Positions 1-9,185 of a stretch of DNA of 64,000 nucleotides are shown here, piece after piece. The notes beneath the pieces were generated by a model. The model saw nothing but the letters and a program-made list of their open reading frames with translations, had not been told where the DNA came from and made no database searches. Origin of the DNA: a virus; IMG/VR virus record IMGVR_UViG_3300024274_000264, one strand, 5' to 3'. Position 1 is the first letter of the stretch. Each line of letters opens with the position of its first letter. Position numbers and translations under genes: made by a program.

Positions 1-2816
1 CTCTTGGAGCTTTTAATAAAGGTTTAGGATTTACTGACGAAGGATTAAAAGGTGTTGCCCAAAGGTCATTAGCAACAGGGCAAAGTTTAAATGAGATTAA
101 CAGACAGGTTGGAAATTATTCGATTCAACTTAGTAAAGCTTTTGGTGTTTCAATGAAACTTGTTTCTCGCGATGTTGGAAACATGATTGCAGATTTTGAA
201 CACTTTGGACACATTTCAGTAAAAGAAATGACTCAAGCGGCAGTTTATGCAAGAAGACTAGGTATTGAAGTTAAATCACTAGGTAAACTCGTTGATAAAT
301 ATATGAATTTTGAAGACGCCGCAAATTCTGCCGCACAACTTTCACAAGCGTTTGGATTAAATGTCGACGCATTTCAATTAATGCAAGAACAAGACCCAGC
401 GAAGAAATTAGAAATATTGCGAAAAGGTTTTTTTGCAGCGGGTAGAACAATCGAAACAATGACCGCGCAAGAAAGAAGACTTTTGGCTCAGCAAACAGGA
501 TTAGGTGAATCAGAATTGGCTCTTGCATTTGCTCAAAAAAATAGGGCTCTTTCTTATGCTGACATTCAGAAAAAAGGCGATGCGGCAAAAAAATCACAAC
601 TTTCTCAAGAGCAAGTTTTAAACAAATTAGCAGGAGCAATTGAAAGACTCGTTAAATCGGGTTCTGCTATGCAAGGTGGATTTTTTGATAGATTTATTCA
701 AGGGTTTGTTTCTGGTATTCGTTATACTAAAGAGTTTAGAGAACTGATGAGAAATCTTCAGCGATCTCTAACAATGGTATTTTATGCTGGTCGTCAAGTT
801 GGTTTGGTATTTGGTCAATTATTCCCAGGAGTCAAAGAATTTTTTGGTGGATTAAGAGATATGTTTAATCCGCGAATTATGAAAACATTTCTAAATAAAG
901 TGGTTGGTTCATTTAAAGATTTTTTTAGAGAAATGACAACAAATCCAGCGGCAGCACTTCCTAAATTATTGGATAGACTACAAGAAGCTTTTTCTGATAG
1001 ATTTAGTGCCGCGGGCGCGGGTGCTCGTAAAGTTTTTGACGGAATTAAAAAATTTTTTAAAGCTGTTGGATATATCTTTCTTTCTGGAATAAAAGAAGCG
1101 TTACTAGGTCTAGGCAAAACCATTGCTCCATTAATAAACTCAATTTTTTCTGACAATACATTTGATAATGTTGGAAATCAGCTAGGAGAGTCAGTAGACG
1201 GAATCGGTGGGACACTTTCTAGAATGTTTAGAGATGTTTTTGGAGAAGAAGGATCTCCAGCGAGACAAAAGATTTCCGCAGCTTTAAGCAAATTTGCAGA
1301 TTCCATCTGGACAGCCGCCAAATTTTTCATTGGAAAAATAGCAGAAAAAATGCCAGATTTATTTAGAATAATTTCTGATGGACTTTCTATTGGCGAAGGA
1401 ACAGTAGCAAAATCAAATACAGGTGATAAGTTCGTATCTGGATTGGTTGAATCGTTTGAAAAAACGAAACCTCATCTTATTAAAATTACAGAATCATTAG
1501 GAACAATGCTATTAACAGGATTAGCTTCTGCATTAACTTCCTCAAGACTATGGGCAAATATTGGAAAACAAATCTTGCAAAATATTACAAACTTGTTTGT
1601 TGTTTTGCCAATGTGGGCAGTTGGTTTTCTTGCTGAGTTAGGTCAAGATTTTTTTGCTGGCATTGGTAAATTATTCAACAACCTTGGAGAATACTTTGCT
1701 AATAAATTTAATAGTAGTATTGGAAAAACTGTTGGAAAAATTTTCAATATCATTTTTCGTTCATTCGGTTTACTTTCAAATGCATTAGCCGTTGGGTTTA
1801 AGCTCATTTCAAGATCTATTTATGCAACTTCTTTATTTTTTACTGAGTTGTTCGATAGCCCAGCTAAAGCAGTAGAAACTTTAAAAACAAGATTTAATAC
1901 ACTTAAAACAGATCTTATCAATGATTTAAAGCGTTCTTTTAATTCATTTTTAGACGCAGTTCCAGATAGAATAAAAGAATGGCTTGGAATAAGACCATTT
2001 AATATCCCAATACCATCTACATCTAAAAATCCCGCGGTGCAAATGCTTAAACAGGCAGAAGCGCAATCTCAAACGAGTGGTCGAAACATACAAGAAAACT
2101 TAACAAATGCGTTAGAACCACCAGCTATCCAGACACGACATTCAGAAAATTCTTCTTTAAGTGAACGAGTTTCAACAATAAGAGATTCGATACAATCCGC
2201 CTCTGAAGTTGGTCGTATTGATCAACGAAAAGCAGAAGCTTCGATGCAAAAACTACAAGAATTTGCAACAAGGCTTGGGCCAACTCTTAAAAACACACAA
2301 ACTGTTCTTAATAGAAGTTTGGAAGGTGTTGATATGGATAAATTAACTTCAAATATTGAATCTTATAAATCAATTATTGAAAACATAAATTCAATTAGAA
2401 CTTTAACTTCTCGGCAATTGCAATCAATTTCAGTGTCTGATTTAATGCCATTGGCGAATAGTATAGATGCCCTTACGACATTTTCGTCCTCGCCAATGCT
2501 CACCAGGCTCGAAAAAACATTAACGGCGGCAGAAACAAGCACAAGAATAACAGGTATTCAAAACACCTCAAACGCTATCAAAGACATGGTTGAAACAATA
2601 AATCAAACCTCTCGCGAACTTGCTAAATTGCAACCTGTTAATATTCAAACAAATCTTAATCGTTTAGCTGCAAATCTTGGTCTTGGAAACAATTCTGTTT
2701 ATACAATTAGAAATGAAAACTTTAACATTCAAGTAAATGTTAACGTACATATGGATGCAAAAGAAGTAGAAAAAATATTGATTGAAAGACCAGATACAAG
2801 AATTCGTCATACATAA
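1..2816 (+). CDS. Tape-measure-like tail protein, 5'-truncated (frame open from base 3)
   Basis: Frame 3 is open from the window edge (LGAFNKGLGFTDEGLKGVAQRS...) into the 153..2816 ORF. Long helical Ala/Gly/Leu-rich protein with hydrophobic stretches, upstream of baseplate genes. Confidence 0.6.
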   Translation, partial: LGAFNKGLGFTDEGLKGVAQRSLATGQSLNEINRQVGNYSIQLSKAFGVSMKLVSRDVGNMIADFEHFGHISVKEMTQAAVYARRLGIEVKSLGKLVDKYMNFEDAANSAAQLSQAFGLNVDAFQLMQEQDPAKKLEILRKGFFAAGRTIETMTAQERRLLAQQTGLGESELALAFAQKNRALSYADIQKKGDAAKKSQLSQEQVLNKLAGAIERLVKSGSAMQGGFFDRFIQGFVSGIRYTKEFRELMRNLQRSLTMVFYAGRQVGLVFGQLFPGVKEFFGGLRDMFNPRIMKTFLNKVVGSFKDFFREMTTNPAAALPKLLDRLQEAFSDRFSAAGAGARKVFDGIKKFFKAVGYIFLSGIKEALLGLGKTIAPLINSIFSDNTFDNVGNQLGESVDGIGGTLSRMFRDVFGEEGSPARQKISAALSKFADSIWTAAKFFIGKIAEKMPDLFRIISDGLSIGEGTVAKSNTGDKFVSGLVESFEKTKPHLIKITESLGTMLLTGLASALTSSRLWANIGKQILQNITNLFVVLPMWAVGFLAELGQDFFAGIGKLFNNLGEYFANKFNSSIGKTVGKIFNIIFRSFGLLSNALAVGFKLISRSIYATSLFFTELFDSPAKAVETLKTRFNTLKTDLINDLKRSFNSFLDAVPDRIKEWLGIRPFNIPIPSTSKNPAVQMLKQAEAQSQTSGRNIQENLTNALEPPAIQTRHSENSSLSERVSTIRDSIQSASEVGRIDQRKAEASMQKLQEFATRLGPTLKNTQTVLNRSLEGVDMDKLTSNIESYKSIIENINSIRTLTSRQLQSISVSDLMPLANSIDALTTFSSSPMLTRLEKTLTAAETSTRITGIQNTSNAIKDMVETINQTSRELAKLQPVNIQTNLNRLAANLGLGNNSVYTIRNENFNIQVNVNVHMDAKEVEKILIERPDTRIRHT

Positions 2817-2849
2817 TATCAATTTCTTTTTTATACTAAAGGAATAGTC

Positions 2850-3701
2850 ATGTCAAAAACATTAATAATATCTGACGATTTTCTATTTGTTGAAACAATA
2901 AAAAGATTTACAAAACAATCAAGTTCAAATTTTGTCTTCGCAAATGAAACAATTTTAGATATATATAATGAATTTATTGGAATTTGTAAATTGCACGATA
3001 TAGAAAACATTATTTTTTTTGAAAATTCAACATTTTCTGAGGAAAATTTTATTTTACAACAAAAAAGATATTTAAATATTTATGATGCTTTAAATTTTTT
3101 TAAAATGAAAAAATTCATAAGCTATATAGATTTCAATAAAATAAATTTAAAATCAAAAAAAGTTTACAAAGAAGAAGAAATATTTGATGATTCTAATCAA
3201 ATTTTTAATATAAATAAAAAATTTTTATTAAAAAACAATGAAATAATAAATAATTTACAAGCAACAAAATGTGTTTCAATAGCACATGGAGAACTTTATG
3301 GAAGAGAATCGAATAACTCTATTATTTCTTCTTATGTACAAAAATTTGAATTAGCGAAAGAAAATAATTCTCAAGTCGAAATTATTGAAAACGCAAACAA
3401 TGAATATCAATTAACTTTCATTGACAACATCGTTGACATTAGTTTATACATATTATTCGAAAATGAAAAACTCAATAAAATTAATAATCTTTTTTGGAAT
3501 ATCGCTTCACCCGAAATAATAAAAACAAAAGATATCATTCATGAAATTTCTAAATATTACAAAAATGTTAAAATTTTATTTGAAAACAATTCAGAAGTAG
3601 AACTGCAAAATTTTTTAAATACAGAAAAATTTATTTTAGATTTTGTTCAGTATCCATATATAAAATTCGAAGAAGCGTTAAAAATAATTTTAACAAATTA
3701 A
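2850..3701 (+). CDS. Degenerate NAD-dependent epimerase/dehydratase (extended SDR)-like protein
   Basis: C-terminal half follows the extended-SDR pattern (ELYG...IISSYVQK, YQLTFIDNIVD, FWNIASPEIIKTKDIIHEI). The GxxGxxG and YxxxK motifs are absent. Adjacent to glycosyltransferases. Confidence 0.55.
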   Translation: MSKTLIISDDFLFVETIKRFTKQSSSNFVFANETILDIYNEFIGICKLHDIENIIFFENSTFSEENFILQQKRYLNIYDALNFFKMKKFISYIDFNKINLKSKKVYKEEEIFDDSNQIFNINKKFLLKNNEIINNLQATKCVSIAHGELYGRESNNSIISSYVQKFELAKENNSQVEIIENANNEYQLTFIDNIVDISLYILFENEKLNKINNLFWNIASPEIIKTKDIIHEISKYYKNVKILFENNSEVELQNFLNTEKFILDFVQYPYIKFEEALKIILTN

Positions 3702-3740
3702 TAAACATTCTTTAACATTTATGTCATACTAAGAAATTTT

Positions 3741-6407
3741 ATGAAAAAAGAGAAATATAAAATCTTATTATTGTCTGATGATTTAAGATGTGTTTCTGGT
3801 GTTGGCGGTCAATCGAGAATGCTTGTCGAAGCATTAGTTTCAAGCGGAAAATTTTCCGTAAAGCAATTGGGTGGCGCAATGAAACATCCAAATTACGACA
3901 TTCAGATGCTTCATCCAGATATTGTTGTTAAACCTGTAGATGGATTTGGAACCCCAAATCTTTTAAGACAACTTTTAATAACTGAAAAGCCAGATGTCCT
4001 TTTATTATTCACAGATCCAAGACAGTTTGTTTGGGTTTGGCAAATGGAAGATGAAATTAACCAAATATGTCCAATTGTGTATTGGCACGTTTGGGATAAC
4101 GATCCATATCCAGAATACAATTCAGCATTTTATGAGAGTACAGATGTAATAAATTGTATTTCCATGAAAACATATGATTTGTTAAAAGATAGATATCCAA
4201 ATAAAGTAAACTATCTCCCACATACCTTTCCAAAAAATTGGTATTATGAATTATCAAAAGAAGAAGTCGAAAAGCTAAAAGCAGAAACTTTAAAAGATAG
4301 AAAAGATTGGTTTTTTACATTATGGGTCAATCGTAATGCTCACCGAAAAATGCCAGCAGATGTTATGCAAGGATTCAAACTTTTTCTTGATATGCTTCAA
4401 GAAAAAGAAGGACATAAAAATGCTTTGCTCGTAATGCACACAAATCCAAAAGATCCAGAAGGGCCAGATCTTGAAGCAGTAGCAGAAATGCTTAAAATTT
4501 CTGACAGGGTAATGTTTTCTGTTGGGCAAATAGATATTCCAGATATGAATCGACTTTACAATGTTGCCGACACCATTGTTAATGTTTCGAGGGCCGAGGG
4601 TTTTGGCCTTTGCTTGGATTTTTCCACGAAATTATCAACCAAAGAAGGTATAAAAAATATTTCTGATATTGAAACAGGAGATTTTGTTTTATCTTTGGAT
4701 GGTACTTATAATAAAGTTTTAGCCAAATCAAAAAGAAAAGAAAATAATGTTGTAAAAATAAAAGCATCAAGAATAAAAGAAATTACATCTTCTAAAGAAC
4801 ATCCATTTTTAGTTTGTAAAGATCCAGAAACATCTCCTGATGAATTGAAATGGGTTCAAGCTTCTGAAGTTAAAATTGGTGATTTTCTCTGTATCCCAAA
4901 AAATAAAGAAATTTTTAACGGAGAATACAAAACAATGTTTAAAATAACAGATTTCCTTTTAGCGGAAGATGTTTCTAAGCTTGAATTCGAAGATAAATTT
5001 GTTTATTTTCCAATGGGTTTTTCCAGCATTGCCAATGGTATTTCAATAAAAGAAATAGGAAATTTATTAGGTTTAAAAAAACATCATTCTGAAATTTTAC
5101 GAAAATATATTGGCAATATTCCACAACGAAGAGGCGTAAAAATAAAAGAAAGATTAGAAAAACAAAAACAGGAATTAATAAAACTAATACCAGATCTTAA
5201 AATCAACAAAAAATTAATAAAAGTTAATAACGAATTGAAAATAAATGAAGAATTTATGAAAATTTACGGCTGGTACCTTGCAGAAGGTTCTGTTGGAAAA
5301 AACTTAAAATCTTCATTAGAAATTTCTTTTCATATTGACGAATTGGAAGTAGCAAATTGGTTTAAAACTTATTTTAAAGAAAATTTCAATGTTGATGGGA
5401 AAATAGAAATACATAAAACTCAAAACAAATGTAGATTTGTTTGTTCTTCTTCTATCTTGGCTAAATTTTTTGGAACTATTTCTGGCTATGGAGCGAAACA
5501 AAAATCGATACATAAACAATTTTTGCCATTGTTGAAAAATAAAGAATTTGCAAGTGCCTTAATAAAAGGATTATTCTTGGGGGATGGACATTTTTCAAAA
5601 AATAAAAAAGTAGCATCTTACAATACAATAAGCCCAATTTTAATAAATCAAGTTATTGAAACACTCCATATGTATAATATTTGTCCAAATTTATATATCA
5701 AAAAAGCAAATGAGCAATTTAATCAAAAAGAATCTTATCAACTTGGTTTCACTGGTAAAGAATATGAAAAACTTTGCGCATTTATAAACAAAAAACCAAA
5801 CACTTCTAAAAGTGAAGGAAAAAATCACACTTTATATTTTACAGAAAATAAAATTTTTGTTCCTGTTACATCTAGCAAAACTGTAACTTTGGATTCTGAA
5901 ATTGATTTATTTGATATCCAAGTCGAAAATACTCATAACTTTGTCGCCAATAGAATTATTGTACACAATTCTACATTACAAGCATTAACACTGGGCAAAC
6001 CAGTTGTTGCGTTAAAGACTGGTGGCATGACCGAACAAATGACCGATAAAAACGGCAATGTTCACGGTGTTGCTCTAGAACCAGTAGAAAGATATCTTGT
6101 TGGATCACAAGCAACGCCATATATTTATGATGATCATTTTTCAAAAAAAGAATTAGCAGAAGGACTTTATAAGGTTTATAAACTTACACCAGAAGAAAAA
6201 GAAAAAATTAATAGAGAAGCAAAAGCTCACGTTGAAGAACAGTTTAATTATGAAACTGTTACAGGCAAATGGATTCAAATTCTTGAACAAACAATCCAAA
6301 ATTGGAGAGAAGATAAAAAAGAAAAAAATTGGGGATTAATACAATTTAATACTCCCAAAAAAACTATGAACGAAGTCCAAATAAACAAACCAAAGGTGAA
6401 AAAATGA
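3741..6407 (+). CDS. GT-B (GT4-like) glycosyltransferase interrupted by an intein
   Basis: ILLLSDD..SGVG N-terminus, VNRNAHRK, and LYNVADTIVNVSRAEGFGL|STLQALTLGKPVVA after intein removal (435 aa spliced). Confidence 0.9.
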   Translation: MKKEKYKILLLSDDLRCVSGVGGQSRMLVEALVSSGKFSVKQLGGAMKHPNYDIQMLHPDIVVKPVDGFGTPNLLRQLLITEKPDVLLLFTDPRQFVWVWQMEDEINQICPIVYWHVWDNDPYPEYNSAFYESTDVINCISMKTYDLLKDRYPNKVNYLPHTFPKNWYYELSKEEVEKLKAETLKDRKDWFFTLWVNRNAHRKMPADVMQGFKLFLDMLQEKEGHKNALLVMHTNPKDPEGPDLEAVAEMLKISDRVMFSVGQIDIPDMNRLYNVADTIVNVSRAEGFGLCLDFSTKLSTKEGIKNISDIETGDFVLSLDGTYNKVLAKSKRKENNVVKIKASRIKEITSSKEHPFLVCKDPETSPDELKWVQASEVKIGDFLCIPKNKEIFNGEYKTMFKITDFLLAEDVSKLEFEDKFVYFPMGFSSIANGISIKEIGNLLGLKKHHSEILRKYIGNIPQRRGVKIKERLEKQKQELIKLIPDLKINKKLIKVNNELKINEEFMKIYGWYLAEGSVGKNLKSSLEISFHIDELEVANWFKTYFKENFNVDGKIEIHKTQNKCRFVCSSSILAKFFGTISGYGAKQKSIHKQFLPLLKNKEFASALIKGLFLGDGHFSKNKKVASYNTISPILINQVIETLHMYNICPNLYIKKANEQFNQKESYQLGFTGKEYEKLCAFINKKPNTSKSEGKNHTLYFTENKIFVPVTSSKTVTLDSEIDLFDIQVENTHNFVANRIIVHNSTLQALTLGKPVVALKTGGMTEQMTDKNGNVHGVALEPVERYLVGSQATPYIYDDHFSKKELAEGLYKVYKLTPEEKEKINREAKAHVEEQFNYETVTGKWIQILEQTIQNWREDKKEKNWGLIQFNTPKKTMNEVQINKPKVKK
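4611..5969 (+). mobile_element. Intein with LAGLIDADG endonuclease (453 aa) in glycosyltransferase
   Basis: Starts CLDFSTKL, block B SSKEHPF, LAGLIDADG motifs IYGWYLAEGS and LIKGLFLGDGH, ends LFDIQVENTHNFVANRIIVHN followed by Ser+1. Confidence 0.95.
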
Positions 6408-7594
6408 AAAAAAAAGTTCTTTTAAGAGGTCCATTTACAATAGCGTCAGGTTATGGTGTTCACGCAAGACAAATAGCTAGATGGTTTTATGACAATCAAG
6501 AAAGTTTTGATGTTAAATTCGAATTAACTCCGTGGGGAGAATGTTATTCTATTGTGGATATATCTCAAGAAAATGGATTAATTGGTTGGATATATCAAAA
6601 TATGGCATCTGAATTAGATTATAAAAACATATTTGATTTATCTGTTCAAGTTCAACTTCCAAATGAATGGGACCCAGGCAAAGCACGAACAAACATTGGT
6701 GTAACTGCTGGTGTTGAAGCTTCATTTTGTAATCCAGAATGGGTTAGGTCAGTAAATTGTATGTCAAAAGTGATTGTTCCATCAGAATTTACAAGATCTA
6801 GTTTTGTTGCCTCTTCTGAAATGTCTGGAATTAAGCTTATCACAGACATTATTGTAATTCCAGAGTCTTTTCATCCAGTTTTTGAAAAAGAAACTGTTTC
6901 AAAATCAATTGAGCTAAATTTAGATTCAGATTTTAACTTTTTAATGTTTGGCCAGCTTACTGGAAATAATCCATTTAATGATAGAAAAAATATTCCTTTT
7001 GCTTTAAAATGGTTTATAGAAGAATTTAAAGGGAATTCAAACATTGGTCTTGTGTTAAAGACTGGTGCTGCGAGGGCTCATCACATTGATAAAAGAATTA
7101 TCGCAGTTACATTTCAGCAATATTTAATGGATATAGGATACAATTCTGATACAGATCCAAGAATAACGATTCTACATGGAAATCTTTCAAATGAAGAAAT
7201 GTTTTCTTTGTACAAAAATGAAAAAATTAAAGGTTTGCTTGCCCCAACACATGGCGAAGGATTTTTCATTCCTGGAATAAATGCGGCAGCCTCTGGCTTG
7301 CCTGTTTTGGCAACAAACTGGTCGGCACACACCGAATTTTTAAATCTTGGGAAATGGATTAAATTCGATTATAACCTTGTTGATGTTCACGAATCAAGAG
7401 TAGATCAAAATATTTTTATGAAAGGTACAAAATGGGCAGACCCCGTTGAAAAAGATGTTAAATTCAGAATGCGTAAATTTTACCAAGATTGTGAAATGCC
7501 AAAAAAATGGGCGAAAGAACTTGAACCTATAATAAAACAAAAATATTCTTATGAAGCTTTAAAAGAACATTACAACAACATGTTTTTATCATAA
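6404..7594 (+). CDS. GT-B (GT4-like) glycosyltransferase
   Basis: SGYGVHAR, VIVPSEF, DRKNI, PTHGEGFFIPGINAAASGLPVLATNWSAHTEFL. ATGA overlap with the upstream gene. Confidence 0.9.
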   Translation: MKKKVLLRGPFTIASGYGVHARQIARWFYDNQESFDVKFELTPWGECYSIVDISQENGLIGWIYQNMASELDYKNIFDLSVQVQLPNEWDPGKARTNIGVTAGVEASFCNPEWVRSVNCMSKVIVPSEFTRSSFVASSEMSGIKLITDIIVIPESFHPVFEKETVSKSIELNLDSDFNFLMFGQLTGNNPFNDRKNIPFALKWFIEEFKGNSNIGLVLKTGAARAHHIDKRIIAVTFQQYLMDIGYNSDTDPRITILHGNLSNEEMFSLYKNEKIKGLLAPTHGEGFFIPGINAAASGLPVLATNWSAHTEFLNLGKWIKFDYNLVDVHESRVDQNIFMKGTKWADPVEKDVKFRMRKFYQDCEMPKKWAKELEPIIKQKYSYEALKEHYNNMFLS

Positions 7595-7601
7595 TACAAT
7601 A

Positions 7602-7958
7602 ATGTTTTTTTTATTAGTCACAAGTTTAATACTGAATATTGTTGTTATAACAATTTTATATTTTTTGTGGAAAAAGTTTAAATTAACTGCCCAAATAATT
7701 TTCTTGTTTGAAGATTCGTTTCCAGAATTGCTTTTGTTGCATAATAAAAGCATAACGGCAGCTAATAATATATTAGACAATGAATTTTTTGTCGTAACAC
7801 CAGAAGCTGGTGAGAAATTCCATAATTTTATGGCTAGCATAACAGAATCAAGAAATTCTACTTTAAGAATTATACAACTTTTACAAGAAGTGGATTCTAA
7901 TATAAACAAATCAATCGAAATCAAAGTAAAATCTACTGAGAAAGAAAATAATGAATAA
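7602..7958 (+). CDS. Hypothetical protein with N-terminal transmembrane helix
   Basis: Hydrophobic FFLLVTSLILNIVVITILYFLW followed by KK. Fits the operon spacing. Confidence 0.7.
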   Translation: MFFLLVTSLILNIVVITILYFLWKKFKLTAQIIFLFEDSFPELLLLHNKSITAANNILDNEFFVVTPEAGEKFHNFMASITESRNSTLRIIQLLQEVDSNINKSIEIKVKSTEKENNE

Positions 7959-8682
7959 TAAACGCGGCAAAAAAATTATAAAAAGAAAACCAGGATCTGG
8001 TCCAAGTGCAAATTATTTCACAAAAGAAACCGAGGAGGCCGCTATAAAATTCAAATATGAAGAAGACATGGAAAAAAAACATGAAATCTTTATAGAGAAA
8101 ATTTACGAACCTTTTAAAAAACTTGTTGAAAATCTCATTAATGTATACAACTATAAAACAAATTACGAAACAAAAGAAGAACTTAGAGATCGCGGCGTCG
8201 CACAATTATTTCAAATAATTTCAAAATTTGACGAAACAAAAGGTTCAAAAGCTTTTTCTTATTATAACGTTGTTGCAAAACATTTTTTAATCGTAGAAGC
8301 AAAACAAGCAACGAAACAGGCACATTCCTTAATTTCTATAGAAGATACAGAAGCTTTTACAAATCACGAAATTGAAACTATTGAGAATTATAAAATCGAT
8401 CCCTCTTCGGAAGATACAATGATTCAAAATGAAAAATTTCAAGAAATAAAAGAAATAATTTTGGAAATGCAAAAGAAAACAACTTCCGAAAACGAAAAAC
8501 TTGTTCTAAACAGTATTGAGCAGATAATTTCAAATATTAACCTTTACGATGATTTAACTAAAAAAACTGCACTTTCACTTTTGCGAGATGCGACATTAAT
8601 GAATAATAAACAACTTTCTACAACACTCTCAACTTTAAAAAAAGTATACAAACAAACCAAAAAAGAAGTTGAGAGTGTTTGA
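7951..8682 (+). CDS. Phage sigma-factor-like protein (sigma70 region 2 / gp55-like), candidate late sigma
   Basis: NYFTKETEEA...EELRDRGVAQLFQIISKFDETKGSKAFSYY matches the region-2 pattern (KFD..KG..F.SY). Confidence 0.75.
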   Translation: MNNKRGKKIIKRKPGSGPSANYFTKETEEAAIKFKYEEDMEKKHEIFIEKIYEPFKKLVENLINVYNYKTNYETKEELRDRGVAQLFQIISKFDETKGSKAFSYYNVVAKHFLIVEAKQATKQAHSLISIEDTEAFTNHEIETIENYKIDPSSEDTMIQNEKFQEIKEIILEMQKKTTSENEKLVLNSIEQIISNINLYDDLTKKTALSLLRDATLMNNKQLSTTLSTLKKVYKQTKKEVESV

Positions 8683-9185
8683 TGAAAGAAACTGAAATTG
8701 TATTTCAAAATGAAGAATCTATAGAACTTGAAAAAAAAGAAGAATCGGAAGAAGAAAAAATTTCTGAGGCAAAAAACTTTCTTCAAAATATTGAAGATGA
8801 ACTATCTGAAGACGTTAAAATACAAGTAAAATCTGGACTAAGTGATTTTAGTCTTCTTCTTTCTGACTTAGAATTAGACCCGCGACTTGCAAGCCTTTGG
8901 CGTTTAATTTACTCAAATGCTATGACGGATCGAAAAAATGCATTTGCGTTATGGTTAGATTTATATGTTAAAACATATAATAATGAAGATAAACATTTCC
9001 AACATGGACAAACCTTACACAAGTATATGGATATCATGACCAAATCTAATCAACAACTTTTAAAACTTGCAGAACTTGTAGACAAAGCAAGAGAAAATAA
9101 AGAAAGAATTGATGGAGAAAATCTTATCAATAATTTTTTCGATTCCAAAAAGAATGAGTCAACACCAATTAAAAAGAAAAAATGA
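8679..9185 (+). CDS. Hypothetical helical protein
   Basis: 168-aa ORF overlapping both neighbours by 4 nt, with typical codon usage. Confidence 0.8.
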   Translation: MMKETEIVFQNEESIELEKKEESEEEKISEAKNFLQNIEDELSEDVKIQVKSGLSDFSLLLSDLELDPRLASLWRLIYSNAMTDRKNAFALWLDLYVKTYNNEDKHFQHGQTLHKYMDIMTKSNQQLLKLAELVDKARENKERIDGENLINNFFDSKKNESTPIKKKK

